Positions 1 to 9,681 are shown, numbered from the stretch's first letter. The stretch: DNA of 64,000 nt from Gemmatimonadaceae bacterium (GCA_051859245.1 JBHYGA010000005.1:338993-402992); one strand, 5' to 3'. Notes: generated by a model from the sequence alone, not told the origin. Numbers and translations: made by a program.

Positions 1-112
1 CAGCGCACGGAGGTTGCACGCATGCAACAAATGCTCGACGCGATGGGTTCGACAACAGACAATCGATAGCTCAGAGTTTTTCACGTCACCTGCTTTCACT
101 ACGGATTCTGAA

Positions 113-2125
113 ATGGCCTTTGCGAGTCTCTCTACGCGCGTATTGAACGCACCTCGCGCTGCGGCGAGCACCGTGGCGAGCGCTGCGGCGCTCGTTGCCG
201 CGTTTGCGGCGTGTGCACCGGCAACGTCAACCAGCACCGCTCCCGCGCCGCGCATGTCGTCGGGCGCGCCCAGCCCTGATCCGCGTGTGGGACTCAAGGC
301 GGGGTTGTTTGATGCGGGCGAAGCCATGTGGAACATGAAGCGCGTGTCGTTTACGCAGCCGCCTCAGGCGTTCCTGGGCAAGTGGAACTCAGATCTCGCG
401 TTTCGCGGCGACTACGTGTTCCAGGGAAATTTCGCCGGCTTCCAGGTGTGGGACATCTCCACGCCGTCGCGCCCCACGATTGTCAAAGAGTTTGTTTGCC
501 CCGCGTCGCAGAGTGACGTGTCAGTGTACAAAAATCTGCTGTTCGTGTCCGGCGAAGGACTCGAAGGTCGATTGGATTGCGGCGCACAAGGCGTAACGGC
601 GGCGTCCAGCAAGGATCGTCTGCGCGGTATTCGCATTTTTGATATCAGCGATGTGCGCAATCCGAAGTACATCACGAACGTGCAGACCTGCCGGGGTTCG
701 CATACACACTCCGTGTTGGTCGATCCGAAAGACGCGCAGAACATCTACGTGTACGTGTCAGGTTCTGCGCCGGTCCGTCCAACCACAGAACTCGATGGTT
801 GCTCCGGCGCGCCGCCCAGTGCGGATCCCAAGTCGGCGCTGTTCCGCATTGAAGTGATCAAGGTGCCGCTCGCGAATCCAATGCAGGCGGCGATCGTGAA
901 CTCGCCGCGCATCTTTGAAGGACTGGTTGCACCCAAGTCGCATGGTCTTGCGCCTGACGACAAAGCTGAGATCGATCGCGCGCGTGCACGCGGTGCTTTT
1001 ATCGTTGAAGTGCAGGGCGAGACCATGGTGTTGCCGGATGCTTTCGCCAATGCGCAGCTGGCGAACGTCGTGCGGTCGCGTGGTGGCACCGGCGCACCCA
1101 CGGCGGCTGACAGCGCCAAGTTCCGTGAGGCACTCCCCGCGATGATCGCTCAGATGGTTGGTCCCTCGGCAAGCGGCGACGGACCGGCTCCAGGCCCGAA
1201 CCAGTGCCATGACATTACGCTCTACCCAGAGCAGGGCATCGCTGGCGGCGCGTGCGAAGGGTATGGTTTGCTGCTCGACATCAAGGACCCGGCCAACCCC
1301 AAGCGCATTGCGGCCGTATCTGATTCCAACTTTGCGTACTGGCACTCGGCCACGTTCAACAACGACGCGTCCAAGGTGTTATTCACCGACGAGTGGGGCG
1401 GTGGTACGGCGCCCAAGTGCCGTGAGAGTGATCCCAAGTCGTGGGGTGCCAACGCACTATTCACGATTGAAAATGGAGCGCTCAAGTTTCAGAGCTACTT
1501 CAAGTTGCCGGCCGCACAGACCGCGACCGAAAACTGCGTGGCGCACAACGGTTCAATGATTCCCGTGCCGGGCCGCGATATCATGGTGCAGTCGTGGTAT
1601 CAGGGCGGCATTTCCGTGTTCGATTTCACCGACATCAAGAACCCGGTGGAAATCGCGTACCAGGATCGCGGGCCGATTGACGCGGCCAAGATGGAGACGG
1701 GTGGCACGTGGTCGGTGTACTGGTACAACGGTTTGCTGGTCAGCTCGGAAATCGCTCGTGGTTTGGACATCTTCGAGCTCGCGCCGAGCGCACATCTCAC
1801 GCAGAACGAGATTGATGCGTCCAAGACCGTGCGTCTGGAATACTTGAATCCGCAAGGGCAGCCCAAGTATGTGTGGCCGCCGTCGTTCCCGTTGGCGCTG
1901 GCGTACCTCGATCAGTTGCAGCGTTCCAATGGCCTCGACGCGTCGCGCATCAGTGCGGTTCGCACGTCGCTTGGCGTGGCTGAGCGTGCCATGGGTGGCG
2001 CACGTCGAGATGCACTCACGCAGCTCGCGTCACAGCTCGATGGAGATGCAGGCCGGGCGCGCGATGCGGCGAAAGTCCGTTTGCTGGCCACGGCCGTTCG
2101 CGATCTAGCGGCCGCAACGCGATAA
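113..2125 (+). CDS. LVIVD-repeat (beta-propeller) lipoprotein, secreted
   Basis: ORF 14..2125 trimmed to ATG 113. Lipoprotein-like signal (MAFASLSTRVL...AAFAACAP). Repeated LVIVD-like motifs (GDYVFQGNFAGFQVWDIS, NLLFVSGEG, NIYVYVSGS, KVLFTDEWGG). Helical C-terminal tail. Confidence 0.55.
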   Translation: MAFASLSTRVLNAPRAAASTVASAAALVAAFAACAPATSTSTAPAPRMSSGAPSPDPRVGLKAGLFDAGEAMWNMKRVSFTQPPQAFLGKWNSDLAFRGDYVFQGNFAGFQVWDISTPSRPTIVKEFVCPASQSDVSVYKNLLFVSGEGLEGRLDCGAQGVTAASSKDRLRGIRIFDISDVRNPKYITNVQTCRGSHTHSVLVDPKDAQNIYVYVSGSAPVRPTTELDGCSGAPPSADPKSALFRIEVIKVPLANPMQAAIVNSPRIFEGLVAPKSHGLAPDDKAEIDRARARGAFIVEVQGETMVLPDAFANAQLANVVRSRGGTGAPTAADSAKFREALPAMIAQMVGPSASGDGPAPGPNQCHDITLYPEQGIAGGACEGYGLLLDIKDPANPKRIAAVSDSNFAYWHSATFNNDASKVLFTDEWGGGTAPKCRESDPKSWGANALFTIENGALKFQSYFKLPAAQTATENCVAHNGSMIPVPGRDIMVQSWYQGGISVFDFTDIKNPVEIAYQDRGPIDAAKMETGGTWSVYWYNGLLVSSEIARGLDIFELAPSAHLTQNEIDASKTVRLEYLNPQGQPKYVWPPSFPLALAYLDQLQRSNGLDASRISAVRTSLGVAERAMGGARRDALTQLASQLDGDAGRARDAAKVRLLATAVRDLAAATR

Positions 2126-2151
2126 GCCGAGATCGTTCGCTGGAGTACGTG

Positions 2152-2200
2152 CACAAATCGCCGGTCCCTGCGCGGGGCCGGCGATTTGTAGTTGTGTGTG
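2152..2200 (+). terminator. Putative intrinsic terminator downstream of the LVIVD-repeat gene (12-bp perfect stem acaaatcgccgg/ccggcgatttgt)
   Basis: Inverted repeat acaaatcgccggtccctgcgcggggccggcgatttgt directly after the stop, followed by a T/G-rich tract. Confidence 0.3.
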
Positions 2201-2278
2201 ACGTAACCGCGACCTGTTTGTCACCCGCTCACCACGCACGAGGCGCGAAGTTTACGCGTACATCACGCGTGAGGTGCG

Positions 2279-3175
2279 ATGTCGGCAGACAAGCGACGGT
2301 GCGAAGGCCCGCGACGTTTTCGGCGGGTAGTGCTGCTGGTGCTTGATGGGTTACGAGCGGATCTGATTGGCAGCCCGCGATTCCCACATCTTCGGGCGCT
2401 CCGTGAAGAGAGCGCCTACACGCTCGACGCCACCACAGTGCTGCCGAGCGTGACGGCAGCTGCGATGACATCACTGTTCTCCGGTGTGGCGCCGAATGAT
2501 CACGGCATTACCAGTGACCGGTTTGGCGTACCAAAGCACATCGCGCGGCTGCGCCCGCTGCCCCGCGAGGTGGCGCAGCATGGACTGCCAAGCACCGGTG
2601 TTGTTCGGCAAGTACCGTGGCCACTGCGACCACTGGCCCGAAAGATTGTGCGCGAACTGGGCATGCAGCAGGCGCACTTTGCGCCCGCCAACGTGCGTGA
2701 GCTATTGCGTGCCGCCATGCCCGCGCTGCGCACGCAAACGGACGGATTGATCGTGATGCATTGGCCGGATTGTGATGCGATTGGACACACGCACGGCTGG
2801 ATGTCCGAGCCATATCTGGAAGCGGTCGCGCGCATGGACGCGGCGCTTGGCACCATGCGTGAGTTGATGGATCATGCGGGCACGGAGACGCTGCTGTTGG
2901 CGCTCGCGGATCATGGCGGCGGTGGTCGTGTGCTGAATGCGCATGACAGCGCGCATCCGCTCGACTGCACGATCCCGTTGTTGCTTGCTGGTCCCGGTGT
3001 GCACGCCCAAGTGCTGCCAGACACGCACACATTGCTTGACGCTCCGCCCACCGTGATGTGGGCGCTCGGTTTGCCGGTACCGGCGCAGTGGGCGGGTGCG
3101 CCCATCACGTCGGCGTTCACCGCCCCTATCGCTGGCGCACCTGAACTTCGATTGGTGAAGGAATACGTCGCATGA
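2279..3175 (+). CDS. Alkaline phosphatase family protein (type I phosphodiesterase / nucleotide pyrophosphatase-like)
   Basis: VVLLVLDGLRADL metal-site motif. HGITSDRFG and ALADHGGGG motifs typical of the PF01663 family. Stop overlaps the next start (ATGA). Confidence 0.55.
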   Translation: MSADKRRCEGPRRFRRVVLLVLDGLRADLIGSPRFPHLRALREESAYTLDATTVLPSVTAAAMTSLFSGVAPNDHGITSDRFGVPKHIARLRPLPREVAQHGLPSTGVVRQVPWPLRPLARKIVRELGMQQAHFAPANVRELLRAAMPALRTQTDGLIVMHWPDCDAIGHTHGWMSEPYLEAVARMDAALGTMRELMDHAGTETLLLALADHGGGGRVLNAHDSAHPLDCTIPLLLAGPGVHAQVLPDTHTLLDAPPTVMWALGLPVPAQWAGAPITSAFTAPIAGAPELRLVKEYVA

Positions 3176-4404
3176 CCAACGTACTGATTGCTTTTGCTGA
3201 CACTGGTGGCGGGCACCGCGCCGCGGCGAACGCCATTCGTGACGCGCTGCAGCGGCAATCGCCGACGGTTGCGGTCACGATGGTGGATCCCTACGCGATG
3301 AGTGACCGATGGCCGTTCGATCGTTTGTCGGCGGCGTATCCTCGTGTTGTGGACAATGCGTCGTGGCTGTGGCGCAGCGGGTTTGCGTTAACGAACAGCT
3401 CGTCGTGCACACACACACTGCAGACACTGGCCTGGCCGGCGCTGCGCGCAACCTTTCGCGGCATTCGCGACGAGAGCACTCCAGATGTGATCGTGTCCAC
3501 GCATCCGTTGCTCACAACGCCGCTGCGTCGTGTGTTTCCAAATACGCCCATCGTTGTGGTGGTCACGGATCTCGTGAGCGGTCACGTGTCGTGGTACAAT
3601 CGACGCGCGGATTTGCTGATCACGCCAACGGCGGTGGCGAGGGCGCGCGCGATCGAGTGCGGGTTGGCTCCGTCTATGGTTGAGGAACTTGGACTTCCGT
3701 TGCCGCAGGGATGCGAGCGTACGCCGCATGATATCTGGTTGCCGGAGCGCCTGGGCTGGAGCACACTTCGCCCGACCGTGCTGCTCGTGGGCGGTGGTGA
3801 CGGTGTGGGTCCGCTTGAGCGCAATGCGGTGGCGATCGACGCAGCGAAGCTGCCGTGTGACATTGCGGTGGTGTGCGGGCGAAACAGTGCGCTCGCGGCG
3901 CGCCTGAGAGCACGTGAATGGAACGGCACGGTGCACGTGTACGAGTTCGTGCACAATCTCAATGAGATGATGCGCGCTGCACACGCGGTCGTGACCAAGG
4001 CTGGTCCGGGAACGATTGCCGAAGCCTTCGCCGCTGCCTGTCCGCTTGTGCTCACCGGGGCCATTCCGGGCCAGGAATCAGGAAACGTGGAATACGTCAC
4101 GGCGTCAGGCGCGGGGGTGTGGGCTCCGACAGCACCGCTGGTTGTGGACGCGCTGCGCACGTGGGTGCAGGGCGGGGACGGCGCGCTGCGCCATGCCGCA
4201 GCGGTATCTGCGGCGGTGGCGATGGCACGCCCTCACGCCTCTGCACAAATCGCGGCCCGTGTGCTGCGCAGCGCCCAGACGCGGCGTCCGCGTGTCAGAA
4301 ACCGTCGCTTGATTGAACGCGTTTGGCTAAGACGTCCAGTCTTCTCCCCAATCGCCACCCGATGCGTTCATTTCTTCAGGCCGTTTGCGCGGTTCTCTTC
4401 ATAG
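3172..4404 (+). CDS. MGDG-synthase-like (GT28-related) glycosyltransferase, probable glycolipid synthase
   Basis: N-terminal VLIAFADTGGGHRAAANAI motif of the monogalactosyldiacylglycerol synthase / UgtP family. C-terminal tail may be read-through, since it overlaps the next gene. Confidence 0.55.
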   Translation: MTNVLIAFADTGGGHRAAANAIRDALQRQSPTVAVTMVDPYAMSDRWPFDRLSAAYPRVVDNASWLWRSGFALTNSSSCTHTLQTLAWPALRATFRGIRDESTPDVIVSTHPLLTTPLRRVFPNTPIVVVVTDLVSGHVSWYNRRADLLITPTAVARARAIECGLAPSMVEELGLPLPQGCERTPHDIWLPERLGWSTLRPTVLLVGGGDGVGPLERNAVAIDAAKLPCDIAVVCGRNSALAARLRAREWNGTVHVYEFVHNLNEMMRAAHAVVTKAGPGTIAEAFAAACPLVLTGAIPGQESGNVEYVTASGAGVWAPTAPLVVDALRTWVQGGDGALRHAAAVSAAVAMARPHASAQIAARVLRSAQTRRPRVRNRRLIERVWLRRPVFSPIATRCVHFFRPFARFSS

Positions 4405-6677
4405 CGCTCGCTTCACCGCTTCCCGCACAACAGGGTACGTCGCCCACAGGCACCATTGCCGGTCGTGTGGTAACCGCGGTGACCGATGCCCCAATCAACA
4501 ACGCGAACATTCGTGTGCGCGGTCAGGACATCACGACCACTACAGATGAGCAGGGGCGCTTTACACTGCGCGGTGTGACAACCGGCATTATCACCCTCGA
4601 AGTTCGGGCACTTGGTTTTGCGCCCGTGTCGCGTGGTGACATTGCCGTGTCACCCGCGAAACCTGCCGAAGTGCTGGTGGTGTTGCGCCCCGTGAGCACA
4701 CAGCTGCAATCGGTCACGGTGCGTCCCGAGGCGTTTCCTCCGCAGCTGCCGGTGCTCACACCGGTGTCTGCGCAAACGTACAGCGCCGAAGAAGTGCGGC
4801 GTCAGCCTGGCGCGCAGGAAGATGTGCTGCGCGCCGTCTCAGTTGCGCCTGGCGTTGGTGTGACCAGCGGTGCGCGGAACGATCTGGTGATCCGTGGCGG
4901 CGCACCCTTTGAGAACCTCTTTGTGGTGGACAACATTGAGGTGCCCAACATCAATCACTTCGGTTCGCAGGGCTCAACCGGCGGGCCGATCTCGTTGATC
5001 AACATTCGCTTCATCGAATCGGTCACGCTGAGTGCCGGTGGCTTTGGTGCGCGATTTGGTGATCGTGCATCGTCTGCGACGTCGCTCACGCTGCGCGAAG
5101 GCAATCGCGAACGCATTGCTGGTGAAGTCAACGTGGCCGCTACGCAGATCGGCGCGGTGCTTGAAGGGCCTGTCGGTGGTAACGCATCATTTTTTGTGAA
5201 CGTTCGACAGAGCTACCTGGATCTGCTGTTCAAGGCGATCGGGCTCAGTTTCATTCCAGCGTACACCGATGCAACGGTGAAGGCGGTGTGGCGTCCCACG
5301 TCTCGCGATGCCGTCAGTGCGCTGGCAATCGGTGCACGTGGCACGGTCACCTTCAACAACGACAGCGCGGATGATCGCGTATCGAACGCGCAAGTGCTGG
5401 CGCCAGCGCAGGACCAGTACTTCAGCGGCCTCACGTGGAAGCGCCTGCTGAACAACGGCGTGGTGACCACGACCCTTGGCCGCACCTGGACACGCTTTGT
5501 GACGGCGCAGCGCGACAGTCTGCTGTCGCCAATTTTTGAGAGTCGAAGCACCGAGGGTGAAACGTCGCTGCGAAGTGATGTGTCGTTCACACCCACGAGC
5601 TCGCTCGAACTCGAAGCCGGTACCATTGTGAAGTACGCGAGTCAGTTGCGCTACGACGCCACCTTGGCCGGCTTTGCACGGCAGGACGAGAACGGTGATC
5701 CGCAGCCGCTTCGCGTTGACACGAGTTTCACCGCACTCCGGAACGGCACGTACGCGCAGGCCACGTGGCAGGCCGCGCCTCGTGTGCGTCTCTCGTTGGG
5801 TGTGCGGGGCGATTGGTATCAGTTTCTGAACGATGCCGTGCGTGTTGCGCCGCGTGCGTCTGCGTCGTTTCAGGCCACCGAGAGAACAACTTTCACGGTA
5901 GCCGGTGGACGGTACTGGCAAGCGCCGAGCTTTATCTGGTTGGTTGGTGCGCCGGCGAACTCGGAATCGCTCAAACCGTTTTACGCCGATCACGCAGTCT
6001 TCGGCGTGACGCGCCTCGTCGGTGATGAAGTGAAAGTGCAGTTCGAAGTGTACGGCAAGCGATATGGCGCGTATCCAACGCGTCCGTTCAGGCCGCAAGC
6101 GGTACTCAGCCCGAGTGGTTTTGACGACGCCACAGCAGACATTCCGTTCGGTTTGGAGCCGCTCACCTCCAACGGTACCGGCGAATCGTATGGGGCCGAA
6201 GTCTTTCTGCAAAAGAAACTCGGCATCACACCGTTTTACGGGCAGCTGAGCGCGAGTGTCAATCGCACGCGCTTTACTGGCCTCGATGGAACAAGTCGAC
6301 GCGGAGCATTCGACACGCCCGTGATTGCCAACGCCGTGCTCGGCTGGCGACCCAGCGCGCGCTGGGAGTTTGCCACGCGCATTCGTGGTGCGTCGGGATT
6401 GCCGCTCACACCGTTTGTGCTCACGGGTGACCAGGCGGGAACGCTTGATTTCACGCGCTACAACCAGGAACGACTGAGCGCGTTTTTCTCAGCCGACATT
6501 CGCGTGGATCGGCGGTTCTTGCTGCGCGGCAACCAGTTTATCGCCTTTCTCGATCTGCAGAACGTGACCGCACGGGCGAATCAGTCTGCACCGCAGTGGA
6601 ACCCCCGACTGCGCGCCGCGGAGCAAGGCGATGGCGTTGGCCTGCTCCCTACCATCGGCCTCAACTGGGAGTTCTGA
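4362..6677 (+). CDS. TonB-dependent outer-membrane receptor with N-terminal carboxypeptidase-regulatory-like domain
   Basis: Signal peptide MRSFLQAVCAVLFIALASPLPAQQ. CarbopepD_reg-like stretch (GTIAGRVV...GRFTLRGV...LEVRALGF). Plug-like segment (DLVIRGGAPFENLFVVDNIEV). Terminal ...GLNWEF ends in an aromatic residue. ORF 4323 start trimmed. Confidence 0.6.
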   Translation: MRSFLQAVCAVLFIALASPLPAQQGTSPTGTIAGRVVTAVTDAPINNANIRVRGQDITTTTDEQGRFTLRGVTTGIITLEVRALGFAPVSRGDIAVSPAKPAEVLVVLRPVSTQLQSVTVRPEAFPPQLPVLTPVSAQTYSAEEVRRQPGAQEDVLRAVSVAPGVGVTSGARNDLVIRGGAPFENLFVVDNIEVPNINHFGSQGSTGGPISLINIRFIESVTLSAGGFGARFGDRASSATSLTLREGNRERIAGEVNVAATQIGAVLEGPVGGNASFFVNVRQSYLDLLFKAIGLSFIPAYTDATVKAVWRPTSRDAVSALAIGARGTVTFNNDSADDRVSNAQVLAPAQDQYFSGLTWKRLLNNGVVTTTLGRTWTRFVTAQRDSLLSPIFESRSTEGETSLRSDVSFTPTSSLELEAGTIVKYASQLRYDATLAGFARQDENGDPQPLRVDTSFTALRNGTYAQATWQAAPRVRLSLGVRGDWYQFLNDAVRVAPRASASFQATERTTFTVAGGRYWQAPSFIWLVGAPANSESLKPFYADHAVFGVTRLVGDEVKVQFEVYGKRYGAYPTRPFRPQAVLSPSGFDDATADIPFGLEPLTSNGTGESYGAEVFLQKKLGITPFYGQLSASVNRTRFTGLDGTSRRGAFDTPVIANAVLGWRPSARWEFATRIRGASGLPLTPFVLTGDQAGTLDFTRYNQERLSAFFSADIRVDRRFLLRGNQFIAFLDLQNVTARANQSAPQWNPRLRAAEQGDGVGLLPTIGLNWEF

Positions 6678-8472
6678 CCGGCGCGCTTTCGGTGAGCGCC
6701 TGCAACTCTCCCGTTTGCAGGCGCCACAGCGACGCGTACACGCCACCGGCGGCAACGAGCGCGTCGTGCGTGCCACTCTCGACCACGCGGCCAAACTCCA
6801 TCACGTGAATTGCATCGGCGTGTCGCACTGTTGAGAGCCGATGTGCAACCACGAGCGTGGTGCGACCGCGAGACGCCAGCGCCAACGAGCGCTGGATCGA
6901 CGCTTCCGTTTCGTTGTCCACGGCACTCGTGGCTTCGTCCAGCACGAGAATGGAAGGATCACGGTAGAACGCGCGGGCGAGCGCAATGCGCTGACGCTGT
7001 CCGCCCGAGAGACTGGTGCCGCGCTCGCCAACAACACTGTCGTATCCATCGGGCAAGGTCGCCACAAACGTGTGTACTTCCGCCGCGCGCGCCGCTTCGA
7101 GTACACGTTCACGACTTGGTGCGCGATCGCCATACGCGATGTTCTCGGCGATCGTTCCGTCGGTGAGATACGCATCCTGAGACACGTAGCCAATGCGTTG
7201 GCGCAGTGAAGCCGGGTCATACTGTGCGATGTCGGTGCCGTCGAGCAAAATGCGACCGCTGTCCGCGTCAAGAAAACGCATGAGCAGCTTGAGCAGTGAA
7301 CTCTTTCCGCCACCCGTTGCTCCCACCAGTGCCACCGTGCTGCCCGCAGGCACGTCAAAACTCACGTCCGAAAGCGCAGGCCGTCCCTCGTACGAAAGGT
7401 GCACCCGATCAAAGGTGAGAGCGGCTCTGGCGTGAGGCGGGAGCGGTTGGGTGGAACGCTGCGGAAGCGGCTCATCGAGCAGCGCCATCACACGCGATAC
7501 CGACGCCATCGCGCGATTGTACAAGTCGGTCATGTCGGCGAGACGCGTGAGCGGCCAAAGCAGTCGCTGTGTGAGATACACCAGCGCCGAGTAACTGCCC
7601 ACGCCGATTTCGCCACGCAGTGCGAGCAATCCGCCGTACAGCAGTGTGGCCACAAAACCCGCCAGAATCGCCATGCGAATCACCGGCGTGATCGCCGCCG
7701 AGAATCGAATCGCGTCGTCGTTCTTTGAACGAAAGCGTTCCGACGCATCACGCAGGTGATCCGCTTCAAACGCTTCCGCCGTGTAGGCCTGAATCGTGGC
7801 CATGCCGTAGAGATTGTTGTTCAGCCGCGCCGATAGTGTGCCGGCGGCCTCACGAACGGCGGCGTAGCGCGGCGAGAGCCGACGCTGAAACCAGAAGGCA
7901 CCGTAGAGAATGAGCGGAATGGGTACCAGTGCGAGCACGGCCAGCTTGGCCGTGATCACAAAAAACACGGCGCCAACCATGAGCGACGAACAGAACACCT
8001 GAATGAGATCATTGGCGCCCGTATTCAGGAACCGTTCGATCTGATTCACGTCTTCGTTCAGCACCGCCATCAGCCGGCCGCTGCGCTCTCGCTCGATGTA
8101 GCTGGGTGGAAGTCGCTGGATGTGCGTGTACGCGGCCTGTCGCAGTTGATGCTGCAGATTCTGCGCCAGTCCGCGCCATTTGACGGCGTACCGGTACTCG
8201 AAGAACGATTCAGAGATCCACACCACGATCGTTAACGCGACCAGTGCATAGAGTTGATGGGTGGGTTCCACCAGTCCCTGTTTCGCAAGGAACGAATCTT
8301 TGCGGTTGACCACCACGTCCACGGCCACACCGATCAGCAGTTCGGGCAGTACGTCGAAAAACTTGTTCAGAACCGAGTACGTGGTCGCCCACACCACATC
8401 AGCGCGATACGGTCTTGCAAATGTGAGCAAGCGAGCGAGTGGCGAGTTGGTCGGAGCGGCAGTGCTGGTCAT
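6661..8472 (-). CDS. ABC transporter ATP-binding/permease fusion (MsbA-like exporter)
   Basis: Six-TM N-terminal domain followed by Walker A GATGGGKSS, signature LSGGQRQRIALARA and Walker B ILVLDEATSAVD. Start trimmed to the internal ATG (MTSTAAPT...). Confidence 0.75.
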   Translation of the reverse strand: MTSTAAPTNSPLARLLTFARPYRADVVWATTYSVLNKFFDVLPELLIGVAVDVVVNRKDSFLAKQGLVEPTHQLYALVALTIVVWISESFFEYRYAVKWRGLAQNLQHQLRQAAYTHIQRLPPSYIERERSGRLMAVLNEDVNQIERFLNTGANDLIQVFCSSLMVGAVFFVITAKLAVLALVPIPLILYGAFWFQRRLSPRYAAVREAAGTLSARLNNNLYGMATIQAYTAEAFEADHLRDASERFRSKNDDAIRFSAAITPVIRMAILAGFVATLLYGGLLALRGEIGVGSYSALVYLTQRLLWPLTRLADMTDLYNRAMASVSRVMALLDEPLPQRSTQPLPPHARAALTFDRVHLSYEGRPALSDVSFDVPAGSTVALVGATGGGKSSLLKLLMRFLDADSGRILLDGTDIAQYDPASLRQRIGYVSQDAYLTDGTIAENIAYGDRAPSRERVLEAARAAEVHTFVATLPDGYDSVVGERGTSLSGGQRQRIALARAFYRDPSILVLDEATSAVDNETEASIQRSLALASRGRTTLVVAHRLSTVRHADAIHVMEFGRVVESGTHDALVAAGGVYASLWRLQTGELQALTESAPVRTPS

Positions 8473-8560
8473 CTGGTCATCGGCATCGAGTGGGACTGGC
8501 GCCCAAAGCGCCGCGGGCGAGATTGAAACGCATCCGAATGCAAACCTGCATCCCAATGGG

Positions 8561-9094
8561 GTGGACACGATTCAATCCAAACTAATTGTCGGGCTGTGTG
8601 TGGCGGCGTTTTGCTCGCTGCCAGCGGCCACGACGCGCGCGCAATCCGGCGCGTCCGGTGCCGGCTCTGTGCTCCTGGGTGCGGGCGTGTTCAACGTGCT
8701 GGATGGCGGTGACCAGGACCGCACGTTCGTGTCGCTTGAGTATCGCGCACCGTTCAGGCGATGGACCCTCAGTCCAACGGTCGCTTTTGGCCGGGCTGGT
8801 GGTGGCGCCACGTTCACGTCACTGGGCGTGATCAGTGCGATCCCGCTCGGGCGGCGCTGGGAAGCGGCGGCGGGTTTTGCGCCGTCATGGCACACCGCGC
8901 GCGGTGACTCAGACCTGGGCTCGGCCATGGAGTTCTACTCCTTTGCGGAGTTCGCCTGGCGATCGCCGAGCGGCAAAGGTGTGCGCCTTCGTTTCGGTCA
9001 TTTCTCGAACGCCGGCCTGGGGCCAATCAATCCGGGGGCGGAGATCGGGCAGCTCACATATGTGATGCCGCTGGCCGCCTTGTGGCACCCGTAG
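8561..9094 (+). CDS. Acyloxyacyl hydrolase / PagL-like lipid A deacylase (outer-membrane beta-barrel)
   Basis: C-terminal LRFGHFSNAGLGPINPGAEI motif with catalytic-type His and Ser. Alternating beta-strand pattern. The ORF 8261 N-terminus overlaps the ABC gene, so start set to the in-frame GTG 8561. Confidence 0.45.
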   Translation: MDTIQSKLIVGLCVAAFCSLPAATTRAQSGASGAGSVLLGAGVFNVLDGGDQDRTFVSLEYRAPFRRWTLSPTVAFGRAGGGATFTSLGVISAIPLGRRWEAAAGFAPSWHTARGDSDLGSAMEFYSFAEFAWRSPSGKGVRLRFGHFSNAGLGPINPGAEIGQLTYVMPLAALWHP

Positions 9095-9271
9095 CCGCTG
9101 CAGGCGAGTGCGCCGACCGATCATGACACATGCGGGTAGAACGCCGAGGTGGTTTTCAGGGACGAGACGCCTCGCGGGTATTGCTCCCGAACCACGGTTT
9201 CCACAACTTTCAGGGATTCCGGTGCTCCCGGAGGAGTCCCGCCTCTCAACTCTGCATCGAGACCACAATCC

Positions 9272-9658
9272 ATGACCAAGACTCGCGCCTTTATTTCTGC
9301 CGCTGCTGTGCTGCTCTCGCTTTCAGCCTTCAGCTCGGCCGCCGATCGTTTTATTGCGGATCTCACGGGCACGTGGAACGTGAGCGTGCAAACGCCTGAC
9401 CAGTCCGTGACCTCCACCCTGGTTGTTCAGCAGAAGGGTGATTCACTCTCCGGCTCGCTGCAGTCCGAGCTCGGCACGGCGCCGCTCAAGGGCGCCGTCA
9501 AGGGCGACACAGTGAACTTCGTGTTCACGCTCGATATGGGCGGACAGGTGTTGAACATCGCGGCGTCGGCGCTCCTGAAAGACAAGGACAACATGTCGGG
9601 CTCGATGGACGTGTCGGGAATGGGCGCCATGCCGTTCACGGCTGCTCGCGCCAAGTAA
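9272..9658 (+). CDS. Small secreted protein of unknown function (paralogue A, 128 aa)
   Basis: Signal peptide MTKTRAFISAAAVLLSLSAFSSAA, then DLTGTWNVSV...GDSLSGS...KGDTVNF...GMGAMPFTA. About 35% identical to the ORF at 19934..20320. Confidence 0.5.
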   Translation: MTKTRAFISAAAVLLSLSAFSSAADRFIADLTGTWNVSVQTPDQSVTSTLVVQQKGDSLSGSLQSELGTAPLKGAVKGDTVNFVFTLDMGGQVLNIAASALLKDKDNMSGSMDVSGMGAMPFTAARAK

Positions 9659-9681
9659 TACCTTCAAGCTCGGCAGGAAAG

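Noticed and set aside
40-80. tRNA-like fragments (gggttcgacaac T-loop-like, gatagctcagag D-loop-like)
   Set aside because: Motifs are in the wrong order and spacing. No complementary acceptor or T stems. No tRNA could be folded.
5187-6212. Long antisense or alternative-frame ORFs (also 12279..13460, 19391..20560, 21541..22542, 24413..25222, 31658..32983, 44030..44965, 44719..45882, 57205..58083, 59670..60491)
   Set aside because: Arg/His/Ala-rich low-complexity translations. Each lies fully inside a well-supported gene on the other strand or frame. Such ORFs are expected in a genome of about 67% GC.
8261-8560. 5' extension of the PagL-like ORF
   Set aside because: It overlaps the ABC transporter gene on the opposite strand and has no signal-peptide-like sequence. 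The ORF is open only because of GC bias.
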